This document shows positions 37,809 through 48,835 of a stretch of DNA of 48,835 nt, piece after piece. The notes under the pieces were generated by a model, which worked only from the letters and a program-made list of their open reading frames with translations, was not told where the DNA came from and made no database searches. The stretch is from positions 372,001 through 420,835 of the forward strand of contig JBDOQK010000026.1 in assembly GCA_040437565.1 (NCBI GenBank), given 5' to 3'. Source of the DNA: Albugo candida (taxonomy: Eukaryota). Made by a program: the position numbers and the translations under genes. The first letter of the stretch is position 1. The number at the start of each line of letters is the position of its first letter.

Positions 37809-39210
37809 TAAATCAGTCGATAAACGTTTCCAACGCCCGTTTTTTCCAAACGCGAAACATGTACGTCCAAATGACTCGACCATAACCTTTCTCGAAGTAG
37901 AGAAAAGTTGCATACGCTTCCTCCCCACGATAAGTGACCAAGTCTCGTATGCCGTTGCGATGCCGAACGTGGTGATGCATCGACCGTCCTCGCACATATA
38001 CGTTTTGATCTTGATGGATCAATTTCGGCCAAAAACGTTGCAATCGATGCGCCAATACTTTTGAAAGTACTTCCATATCGATACAAAGTAGTGTGATCGG
38101 GTGATAGTTTCCAGAATCACCTCCTGCTCCTGCATGGTGGGGTTGTGATCGAAGTAAGAAACCTCTTTCCAGCTGATCTTTGAACACGATCTTCAGAAAA
38201 TCGCCAAACGTTTCCGAATCAAGCTGATAAAATGCAGCTGGTAGTTCATCCATACCTGGAGAAGAACTACTCCGCATGTTCTTGATCGCTTCCGCCATCT
38301 TGGTCATACTTAGGCGAGTTGAGAGACGGTCTTGCTCTTCGGATGCAAGGGATGCTTGAAGCGAATCGAGTAGCTTTTTTTGCTTTCTTTTCACATCGAT
38401 CAGCTGAGTCGGTATCGAAGCTATAGAGAAAGTCCATGACACCACCCCAATGATCTCTACATTCGTCAATAATTTACGTCGTGTTCTTTGTCACGGTGCC
38501 ACATTTTTTGGTGACATTTTCGATCGTCACGCGACGACAAGAGCTATTGGGAGGGCGAAAAAATGCTTGGAGGAGTTCTATGTGTGCTTCACGTGATTAT
38601 AGAGGCTCTCATCTTGGTTGTACTTAAATTGCTTTCTTTCGACCGAAATTCTGAACTGTTCGAGCCTCGATTCGGAAAAATGCCGTTACTGATTGGAATC
38701 TTGAGTGCGATATCGAGCTGCTGCGACTTCCAAAACATTCCGGCTAGACTCAAGATAACGTCGGTTATCTTGTGCAATATTTTTTTCAATTAGCATTTTT
38801 TGATATCCTCGACCCGGAGTTTGAGTTGGATTTGCAAAAGATACTTTTTGTGCCAGATGGTCTCTCGCGTGTCGTCGACGGAAATATTCTGAGGTTTGTA
38901 TACCATGTTGAATAGCTCATCCGACATGCAGATTTAATCTTTTCGATTCTTGCGTGATAATGGCCTTGTAAATAAATCCCTTTCCAGTCGGATGTTGGAC
39001 TCGCCAAGCGTGTACCACACCCAACTGGGAAATCATTCCGAATACGCTGATCGACTTGGTTCTAGTCGAATTGTTCCACTCGAAGCATCTACAGATAGAT
39101 CGAGTGGTGTATCAAAATCACCAAATACGAGATGTGTTGAGGTCGATTCGAAAAAGCTGGAGAGCAATAACTCATAGACGGTCACTATTTCCTCGGCCTT
39201 GCATCGTCAG
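37809..39210 (-). mobile_element. LINE-A middle fragment: endonuclease C-terminal part, linker and RT N-terminal half
   Basis: HLVFGDFDTPL (GDFN motif of APE), SSPGMDELPAAFY, NYHPITLLCIDMEVLSKVLAHRL, IHQDQNVYVRGR and LYFEKGYGRV (DFEKAYDRV). Confidence 0.9.
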
Positions 39211-42200
39211 TAGAGTTAAGACTTTTTCACATCGTGTCAAATTCACACAGCGTTAGTATTAGTTTCTAACAGTTATTAAAATGTTTTCAACGCGTGAACA
39301 GCAAACCAGTGGTCACAATGGGAAGAAAAAAGTCACATTGTGTCATTCTTTCTCTGCTCACCGGAGACCGCGTTCGTGCTGGTCTCGGCGGCCCACGCTC
39401 GTATTTGGCTAGTACGTGCTAGACATTCACCATGAGGCGACCTAGAGGCGAAATATGGTCACTATACGAAGAAGTCGTTGCAATTGGACAAGGCAAAGAG
39501 CAGCCTGATGTGAAGTGCAAGTTTTGCTCAGTACTAATCGTCAATGCTCAGTCGCGAAACATGCTCCCCAATGCAACCTTCTGCTCTAGATTAACGAACG
39601 CAGCCAAGCGCAAGTGCACTGCGCTCTACAAGAAAATGGAGAAGGAGAAAGAGACAAGTTCACCTTGTAAGAGGAGGATGTCAAACCAAACGCCGTTCAG
39701 CCGGCGCCATTCAAATTCCCAGAGCCCTTCCTCCAGATCCATCGTCAAGCGTCTTTTCCAGACCTCAATCAAGTCTATTGGCCGCAGCCCTCGCAGGTCC
39801 ACAATCAAGACGCGCACACGCGCAGAGATACATTGGCCAGATGCGAGAGCCGTTATTGCGACTGGAGTAGCTTTTCGTGTCGTTGAAGACAAGTATCTTC
39901 GCGCCATGTTCGATGATGAAACGATGTACCGTCACGATTTCAGGTCGCTGGCGAGTTGCTCGATCAGGTGTACACAAGAGTGAGCAAACGATTGTTTTAA
40001 AGCTGCTGGGGTCAAAAAAGTCTATTTGCCCCGTTAAAGACGGCTGTTCAAACCGACGAAATAAGAGCGTCATCAACTACATTCTCGCCAATCCTACATC
40101 AAACCAATCTTCTGAAAGTATTTTGCGACAGGTGAAGCGTCCGACGACGCTGACTACATCACTGACCAGATTTATTTTTTTACACGTCATTGACGAGATT
40201 GATGCTCTTTTGGGCGCAAAATTGTACGAGCAATTATAACCCATAACGCTGCCAATATGAAAAGCGCCTGAAGCTACAAAGGTCGGGTCGCGGTCTGATT
40301 TGCAATGGATGCACTTCTCACACGATGAACTTGTTGGTGAAGGACGTGTTCAAGCTTGAGTATTTCAGCTGGGTTCTCGAACGCACCAAATCATTGACCA
40401 ACTTCGTGAAGCAGCGACATGCTCTTCTGGATCGTTTTGCTCGCTTCAAAAGAGCCTGAAGGGACCTGGCGATACATGGCGTGCGCTTTCCATGCTAGTA
40501 GCAAAGCGTTGGTTCTCGTGTGAAGCGTGTATTAGGAGTGTCTTCGATAACCGAAGTGTAATCGCCGCTACTTTCGCTGATGATGAGCTCCTATAAAATA
40601 TCAGAGGAGTGAAAAATTATTGAAAGAAGCGAAAGAAATCGTTGGAGATGCAGAGTTTTGGCAGCGAGCGTCGCTGGTCCTAAAGGTGGTTAAACCAATT
40701 AACGAGTACTTAGCGGCTTTCGAGATAGACAATTGCTGCATCTCCATGATCAATCATTTTTCTAACTGGCTCGATGAAACCTTCAGCAAGCTAGTCGGTC
40801 TAGGCGAGGCTAACCTCATGCCCACGAGCCACGCGATGACNNNNNNNNNNNNNNNNNNNNNNNNNNNNNNNNNNNNNNNNNNNNNNNNNNNNNNNNNNNN
40901 NNNNNNNNNNNNNNNNNNNNNNNNNNNNNNNNNNNNNNNNTTGGAGATGCAGAGTTTTGGCAGCGAGCGTCGCTGGTCCTAAAGGTGGTTAAACCAATTA
41001 ACGAGTGCTTAGCGGCTTTCGAGATAGACAATTGCTGCATCTCCATGATCAATCATTTTTCTAACTGGCTCGATGAAACCTTCAGCAAGCTAGTCGGTCT
41101 AGGCGAGGCTAACCTCATGCCCACGAGCCACGCGATGACTACGTCAAGGAGGAAGTTTTTATTCACAGGCGGCGTACGTACTTGATCAGTCCAAGTCAGT
41201 TCCATACTCCGGCGATGACACCATCTGCATCATCTCTTCCACTTTACAACTGGAGGAGCGCATCGGATTACCTCAGGGTGCGTCAAAAGATGACGTCCAT
41301 CGGCAGCTGGTATCGTTTGTACAAGCAAAGATGAATTGGACGACCGAGGAGCAAGAGAAGTCCTACATGTTCAGACCAATCGATTAGCGGTCGTTCTCGA
41401 CTGCTTATCCTGCCGTAGAAAATATCGCGATGCATGTACTCTCCATCCCAACGTCTTCGGCAGCCAGCGAGGGAAGTTGGAGCATTCACAGCTTTATTCA
41501 GTCATAATGTCGAAATCGGTTAAGCTCTGATCGTCTCGACAAATTGGTGTTTGTCTACTCTAACCTGGGTGACAAAAGTGCTGCCGACCAAATCCTTTAT
41601 GACCTGTATCCAGAGGCTGAGGATTTCACCGAGAACCGCAAAGGAGGAACAAGTACATTGGACGCACCCGGGTTGCAAACAGTGGTTACCAACCTTGTCG
41701 GAGACGGCATCGTCGTTCGCATAGGCTCAGCTTTGTACTGGCTAAAGCTGGGTCCAGCACACGTCAATGATGAAAAAAGTTGTCCTGATCGACTTGTTGT
41801 TGTATCGTCATGTGCCGCGCACGAGCCACAAGTAGCTCGCCATATTTGACCACTTCGTGATAGGAATCACGACCAGCGCACTGCTCGGCTGCCACATTGC
41901 CAAATCCAGCATGCGACTTGTGTTCAAATGTCAATTCTATAGCAGGAACTGCCGCAGCGCCACGAACTTGGACAGCAAGTGGTCCACATTGACTCGCACC
42001 AAATCTGATAGAATCGAGAAGCCGATTCGCTGAAGCAATGGGTGCAGCAAGAAGATTGCCACGCGACCCCTAGCGCTATCTCTGTGACGAGCTGGATAAC
42101 GACCTCTCGTTGCAATTAGCGAGGGCATGCCGGCTCACAGGCGCCGGGGTAGACAACAGCGACGAAGGTAAGGGCGGCATCACGGCTCTGGCGGAGCAAG

Positions 42201-42948
42201 TCGACGAATACATTGGCGAGAATGTGATTGGCCTCTTGCGCTGTTCGAGTCGCCGTGCTATATATGCGCGCTCTGCTACGCCAGCTTTACCGCGAGTAGC
42301 ACGTAGCTGCGGTTGATGGAGCAACACCAGAGCGAGGTGATGCCGATGTACCGCAATACGCACAGCACCACGAGCGTAACGGGGTTGCAGACTACGAAAT
42401 GCCGCCACGACACCTAACCTACCCTTTGCTTGGACCCGCCATCACCTCATCGTACAGTGATGGCAGCCTGGTACATCATCATAAATGCTAATGGGTTGCT
42501 CCTTGAGCGGGCGAACTCATGAGAGAGTTGGTGTATCCGGCCCGTTATATGTGCGGTCGTTTTCTCGTTCTGGACACAGTCAGTGCGGCAGCGTTGACTT
42601 GACTGTACTAGACCAAATCAGGTACCGAAAAGCCATATTGCGGAGCTACAAATGAAACAGGAAGCTGCTTGATGCCAGGAGGTGGAGCGGCGGCGACGGT
42701 TGCCATTGATCGTTCCGAATACCAGTTCAGCGAGTTCTGACCGTTTCACGTGACCTCGTTAGCGAACTGGATTGCCCGCAACTTGGTGTAATATCGTTCC
42801 GAGTGTGCAATTTATATAAAAATACGCTGAAGACGACGAAACCTTTTTTTCTTTTCTCTCACGAAGCAAATGAAGTTTACATTTTTCACAACGTAAAATA
42901 CTGTTTTAGCATTAATCACGGTAATTTACGTGCATAATCTCAACAATA
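39211..42948 (+). mobile_element. Decayed hAT DNA transposon (BED finger, DUF659-type catalytic region, dimerisation domain) inserted in the LINE-A endonuclease
   Basis: IWSLY..VKCKFC, DGCSNRRNKSVINY, NAANMK, CTSHTMNL (CxxH), KRWFS, SIPTSSAASE and RLSSDRLDKLVFVYSN. Degenerate TIRs TAGAGTTAAGA (39211) and TCTCAACAATA (ending 42948); degenerate 8-bp TSD ATCGTCAG/TTTGTCAA. Confidence 0.85.
40642..41139. repeat. Gap-flanking duplication (40642-40840 vs 40941-41139)
   Basis: Offset 299; one visible difference, A40708 vs G41007. Confidence 0.9.
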
Positions 42949-45900
42949 TTTGTCAATATACACCGGTGCATCGTAAACGAAAAGACGTAAAACCAAAAAG
43001 CGCTGTCGAATGCTCCGTTCGGTGAGTTCTTCAGATGTTGTATAACTGAAAAAGTCTATGCGAATGAAGGATATTCATGACACTGCCACTATAATTTGAT
43101 TCGGATGGAGAAAAGTATTGTTGTGATCATTGTCAAACATGTGTTGCTGTATTTTTGAATGTAATAAAAGCTGAAAGGGTTCAAGTTGGTTGCCATCGTG
43201 AGGCTTGGTTTCTTGAACACAACAAATGGAGTGTTGTGATAGGACGTGGTCGATATGAAGATGACCATTTTTATAAATTCCATTGATATTCACCGTGAGT
43301 GCTGAAATATTGCTCCATGTTGGAATATTCGAGAAGCCCTTAGCATTCACGCTGAAGTGGACAGCAATCAAATTCGATTCGCCATATTGTTTTGAGAGGT
43401 GACGGAGGTGTTGGTAGATCGTCCGCGAAAAGTCATTTTTGACGGAGAGCTCATCTGTATCACCAAAGAAAACTCCTCTTGAACTACCTTCAAACCATTG
43501 GGAGCAAAATATGATGCCTACTTCTGAGAATGACAACGATAATAGCACATTGGTTGGCAATAATCGGCGAGGATGGCCTGCAGTACAAAAGGGTAGTACT
43601 TCTGCAAAGGCGATAGCTTTCGTTGCTGTTGTCAAACCGAGCACCCTTTTCGGCACCGTCCTCCACCATATGGCGATTTCCTTAATCATCACATCACGTG
43701 TCGATCGAATATCCCCACCAACATGTCGATTACATCGTGCCACAAACGTAATATCTTCATTCAAATCATGAGCAGCGAATACTCTATTGACCAGCAGTAG
43801 ATGCGCAACATCGTACAGTGCTTCGTCCTTGGATTCCATACAGGCAAGTAGCTCACAATTCATAGCAATCGGATGTAAAATGCTGCTCGTATTATTATGT
43901 CCGGATTCGCGCTGAATTGAATCACCCTACGCATATGCTCAATTTGTGCGTCTGCTTGGACCAGATTTTCTGGTCTGAATGTGTGGAGAGAATTTTTCGA
44001 ATCTAATTCCGTAAGTTCCCCTGCCTCACCAACCCGAGTTGGTCGCTGCGTTTCTTTGATCTAGGTGTGGAGTTTATTGGCATCCACCCAAAAGATTGCA
44101 CACAAAGACTTGTTGTCTAAAGGGTATACTGGGAACTACTTTAGCAATCTATCAGATGTTTCTTCTTCTCTTCGAGCTTTAAATGTACTACTGTTCACGA
44201 GGTCGTGATCTTCCAAAAGTGAAGATCTTCAACTAGCCGTCGCTGTATTCAGTAAATGTAGATGCGGGTTCCAACCGCTTTTGCGATAAAATCAGGCAGC
44301 CTCATCTAAAATGCCTAATTTTTTGGTATCCGTGTTTTCACGGGAATAGTTTATAATCGTGTTCCATTCTCCAGGATGCTAACCGCGTCAACTTTCTTTA
44401 TCTCCACCCTCCATTGCCACAAGAACTGAGAAATATTTTTTGGTCGCCAATCCAGGCAGAGTACTAGGTCTTCCTTTCGNNNNNNNNNNNNNNNNNNNNN
44501 NNNNNNNNNNNNNNNNNNNNNNNNNNNNNNNNNNNNNNNNNNNNNNNNNNNNNNNNNNNNNNNNNNNNNNNNNNNNNNNTCGTGATCTTCCAAAAGTGAA
44601 GATCTTCAACTAGCCGTCGCTGTATTCAGTAAATGTAGATGCGGGTTCCAACCGCTTTTGCGATAAAATCAGGCAGCCTCATCTAAAATGCCTAATTTTT
44701 TGGTATCCGTGTTTTCACGGGAATAGTTTATAATCGTGTTCCATTCTCCAGGATGCTAACCGCGTCAACTTTCTTTATCTCCACCCTCCATTGCCACAAG
44801 AACTGAGAAATATTTTTTGGTCGCCAATCCAGGCAGAGTACTAGGTCTTCCTTTCGACACTATGTGCCGGAATGGCCCCACACGGTGACGTTTTCGACAA
44901 TAACGAACTATTTCACGGTTATATCCAGTTCCACTCAACTGGTTCCGTTAAGTCTTCTACACATAATTTTTCCTCTGGATGTAGGATGGGATGGGATGTT
45001 TCCAGGAATTATGGTGCGCCCGGTTGTATGATACCCGGAGGAGAGTTGAGATCCAACGAGATTTGGTCGGATAGTCATCGTTGTTACCTCTTTTTAGAAT
45101 TCCTCGACGGGATATCCCTGGTTTCGAGGCGAACAAAGATGCCGGTTTTGTTTATTTCTTCTTTGATTTTGGAGATTCAGCCGAGGGAGTAGCAGAGGAT
45201 CCTAAAGCCAAACAGTTTGGCTCAAGTTGACGCAAACGTGGGCGCTCTGTTGGAATCGAAGCATTATTACCCTGCACAGGGAAGAATTATTTGCCGAATG
45301 CGATTTGCTCGCATACCATTCCCAAATCGCACCAATGCTTGTGGGCACGTGGAGGACGCAAAGTAAACTCTCCACGTCGTCATAACGACTCCTTCGGAAA
45401 GATTTGTTACTAGAAAGTTATCGAGAAAAATTTCACACTTCTTTTCGTGGAGTGATTTCAAAATGCCCTCCCTTTCGACCTCATACCGACACCGAATATA
45501 TCCAAATAATACTGACGCTTTTAAGGTGTCGTTTCCTTAAAAAATACTTCTCACTCAAAACGGTGACTGACGGGCTCTCTAGTTGTTCACATGTGTCCGT
45601 GGACGTGGTCATCGCACGTACATTCCCCATACGAGTTTAGACACCTGTCCAATCTGGCGACTATCCAGCAGAGACTCAAATACCGGATTGCCGTGATTAT
45701 AAAGGCGTGATGCCAGTCATTTCCTACTGGAAATGCCGGTCAAATCCTGACCCGTCTCCATAATCATCTGGAAAATTGCTTTGGCAAGCTTGTAAGGCTG
45801 TGCGGCCTCGATGTTGGCTGCCACAACTGACCAATCCGCGTACTCTCCAGCATAAAGTCTAGAAATTGCTGGAGTCTCTGACTTGTTGATTTGCGGGTTC

Positions 45901-46250
45901 CACGCGGTATAACGATTTTCTAGCCCTGTACTTACGAGAGGACTCCTGAGACTTGATAATATACCTCAAGATTAGACTGCTCGTATCATTCGCAGTTAAA
46001 GTTGCCTTTGGCCAACCTGTGACAAGGCAGTGGTACTAACGCCTGTACCACATTTACCACCTTTTAACGTCATACCGGGCGTGGGGATACTTTCCACGTA
46101 ATCACACACAAAGTATGATTCATAAACAATCATGCAGTACCCCAAAGCAAATGACTCAGAAGGGTTGCCAAGTCACTATAAGAGGACTCTGAACCGCGGG
46201 GTCGTGGCGACATATCACCACGACCATTCCTTAAGGTAGATTAGGGTAGA
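42949..46250 (-). mobile_element. LINE-A 5' fragment: endonuclease N-terminus and decayed ORF1 region
   Basis: ISALTVNINGI..SICCVQETK (APE motifs I/II) at ~43205-43310 and RFLVLRLFVYDAPVYID running up to the hAT end. The upstream ORF1 assignment and 5' boundary are positional inference. Confidence 0.7.
44203..44856. repeat. Gap-flanking duplication (44203-44479 = 44580-44856)
   Basis: Same 277 bp either side of the gap at 44480-44579. Confidence 0.9.
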
Positions 46251-47339
46251 ATAGGGTTGAATAAGGCTATTTCTCGGGCAATATCGACTAAATCGACCGA
46301 AAACGTGGTACTCAGGCAACTGAGAGGGGGAAGAAATTATCTGCTTTTTGATTGTTCGCACAAAGATTCTCTCGAAGTGTGTAACAAAAAACCCTTCCCG
46401 CCTACCGCCGAGGATATCTCGAGTACAAGCAGCAAGCAGAAAGTATTCAGGACTCTAGTGAGATTAATCCTCAGATTCACAAGCATCAGTCCTTTCTATA
46501 TTTTCTCAACATCGCGATGATACATCCAACACTTAATGCCTTTCACGAGTCACCATTTGAGTTGAAAAAAAGCTACAGCCAACTGATTTCAGCTCGTACA
46601 TGGACGTTTTATGAATCCGACCAGAATCCAAAAAGGTTATTTTGCTTTTCAGCCTTTTTNNNNNNNNNNNNNNNNNNNNNNNNNNNNNNNNNNNNNNNNN
46701 NNNNNNNNNNNNNNNNNNNNNNNNNNNNNNNNNNNNNNNNNNNNNNNNNNNNNNNNNNNTTGAGTTGAAAAAAAGCTACAGCCAACTGATTTCAGCTCGT
46801 ACAATTTCTTGCTTGAAGCTTGTCTTTTCGCATAACCCGCATATGCACTGCCTCCTTTATACTGTATCATGTGCCTAGGAACGCATCGTACATGGACGTT
46901 TTATGACTCAGACCAGAATCCAAATAAGTTATTTTGCTTCTCAACCTTTTTTTTCAGAATTGTGTATAGAACACCTTCATTACCACCGACGGTAAAAAAG
47001 CTTAAGTAAAAGTAGTGGGTATACAGGATTGCCAAAGGAAATTCAGAAAGATCAGAATTTTCTTGGTATTTCCATTAGATTGCGCAGATAGATCTTATAC
47101 TTGCTGTCTTTTTTCGATTTTACGTTTCATATGAATAAATCCTACACAGAACTGATTTCCGCTGATACACTTTATTCCTTGGAATCGTCTGGTTTGTCAA
47201 ATTTAATTACACTTGTTAAAAAAGCTAACACTATAGGTGCAACCACCTACTGTTATGCGCGTAAGTTCGGGAGCCCTAACCCCAGCACCTAATACAGTGC
47301 TGGATTTATTGTGACACCCATTCAGACGATTATGACAAA

Positions 47340-48700
47340 AGGAGTACAGTATTGTACTCCTTTCAGGTTACTCCAGTGTTGATTGAACCAAACTGGTGAA
47401 ACCAAAGTCGGTGGAAGCAAGAGTGACGAAACCAATATTGGCGAAGTCGAGTTTTACGAAGCCTATGGTGGTAGCGCTAAGTGCGGGGAAATCATCGTTG
47501 GTAAGTGCACCGGTAAGAGAGCTGCTAGGAAATAATCACATAAAGCCATAAGCCCATTTTTCGACGACGAAATTTGTTTCAGTCGACGAATGTGGGCGAT
47601 AAGGTAGCACCTTACCATACTGTAGAGTTGGGTAGGACACGCGACTTGATGCTTGAGAATAGCGTCATTGCGGGTAAGTCATAAAGTTCGGAGAATGACG
47701 CAGCGATAGACGTTGAGTACGCGAAGGATATTGTGAGAACCATATCGCTGAGAAACTGGTGTTGAAAGTACTAAGTTGGTGCCATAAACAACAGTATCCC
47801 ATGTGAGTGGTCCATCGATGCACGAGAAGATTTTAAATTGGGAGAAGGACCAAAGCTTTGACGCCAAGGAACACTCCCAAAATAAATGTCTTGCTGTTTC
47901 CGGTGAATCACAACCATGAGAGCACAATATATCGGAGGTATGGTAGCGATATTTGTAGCGAAGACGTNNNNNNNNNNNNNNNNNNNNNNNNNNNNNNNNN
48001 NNNNNNNNNNNNNNNNNNNNNNNNNNNNNNNNNNNNNNNNNNNNNNNNNNNNNNNNNNNNNNNNNNNGGGGTCTTTGCTGGAGCCATGTTATCCCTTGTA
48101 TAATCACGTATAAGAATCACAAAATAAGGGTTCTCCACTGAGAATAGAGGCTCCAACTAGGATGGTTGGTAAGAGAGGGTTCCGCCAATGAAAGAAAGCG
48201 AAGCTGAGTTCCACCAATAAGATTGGTAAGATCGGTTTTGCAAAGACTGGAAAAGTGTAGTAGCGGATTCGCTGAGATTCGCAAAAGTTGCAGCGGACTG
48301 TACGAAGATTCGCAAAAGTTGTAGCGGACTTCGCGAGCTGTAGAACGCTGTAGAACGCAGTAGAAGGTTCGAAACCGGACTGAAAAACAAGTCGAGTGGT
48401 TGAGAACGCTGAAGAAGGTTTGAGGACTGGTATGAACCGGGCTTAGTGCTGGGTTAGGTGGCTGAGAGCTCGTTGGAAGAGCGAAGAAGGCTGGAGGTAG
48501 TATGAATGTTGCGTTAAAGTTACTACTCGTGTGGGGCAGTGTGAATATCACTTGTGCGATAGAGAGCAAATTTAAAGGTTGGAATCGTCTGGTAATATGA
48601 TGCGCCTGTGCTGTGGCTTCAGTCAGATAATCTATATGAGAAAACATGACTAGGGATCATTGTGGATAAGCGTTTCATCAACCAGCCTATACGTCGATTA
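47340..48700 (-). mobile_element. LINE-B (different L1/Tx1-type family): zf-RVT/3' end left of the gap, probable 5' UTR and ORF1 start right of it
   Basis: CSHGCDSPETARHLFWECSLASKLW (CX3C..HLFWEC zf-RVT) in 47679-47967. Right of the gap 47968-48067 an ATG (MAPAKT) runs into the Ns. Boundaries approximate. Confidence 0.7.
48249..48366. repeat. Short tandem repeats: ~31-bp unit (AGATTCGCAAAAGTTGYAGCGGACT) and 10-bp unit (GCTGTAGAAC)
   Basis: Two near-perfect plus one degenerate long unit, followed by about three 10-mers. Confidence 0.8.
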
Positions 48701-48835
48701 GTTTAAGAATCAGATAAGGTATCCTCAATTAGTCGTTCATACTAAGCTTTTCTCGAAGTATGTAAGACAAAAAAAATAAAAATGCACCCGGTTACCGCCG
48801 GCGATATCTCGAGTACAAGCAGCAAGCAGAAAGTA

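Noticed and set aside
32722..37813. Target-site duplication of the chromovirus
   Set aside because: Flanks ACAAC and TAAAT do not match convincingly; the boundaries rest on LTR homology and LINE continuity instead.
39220..43057. 11-bp inverted match AGACTTTTTCA / TGAAAAAGTCT as hAT TIRs
   Set aside because: The right-hand copy lies within LINE endonuclease coding sequence that continues to ~42949; the 39211/42948 ends fit better and have a TSD-like flank.
46235..46266. Telomere-like TTAGGG/TAGGG words
   Set aside because: Only two or three irregular units; not an array.
48249..48366. CRISPR-like repeat array
   Set aside because: Eukaryotic context, no unique ~30-nt spacers and no cas genes.
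48117..48647. 176-aa minus-strand ORF
   Set aside because: Low-complexity, built partly from tandem repeats, no domain; more likely 5' UTR sequence.

Overview
Eukaryotic draft-assembly window, most likely from an oomycete. A compact Albugo-like genome is inferred from short ~50-80 nt GT-AG introns, very short intergenic gaps and oomycete-type protein and TE families. Left half (1-~21 kb) is gene-dense: a partial coiled-coil gene, a CXC/Cys-rich protein ending in a CaaX box, DRG1, a Qa syntaxin that appears to need a 5-nt micro-exon, RagC/D, two tandem paralogues of an unknown MGxxxT membrane protein, an SRSF10/SCL-like RS-RRM protein, a Methyltransf_16 protein, ERGIC3 and a bZIP-zipper/NTF2-like protein. 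Right half (~24-48.8 kb) is a decayed transposon nest. It holds a full-length Ty1/copia element and an L1/Tx1-type LINE split by a Ty3/gypsy chromovirus and by a hAT transposon. A second LINE follows head-to-tail with its interior apparently collapsed into a gap, and both LINEs are preceded by the same 33-bp motif. Six of the eight 100-N gaps are flanked by near-identical duplications, most likely unmerged contig ends or alleles. No prokaryotic-type system, CRISPR array, rRNA or tRNA was recognised.
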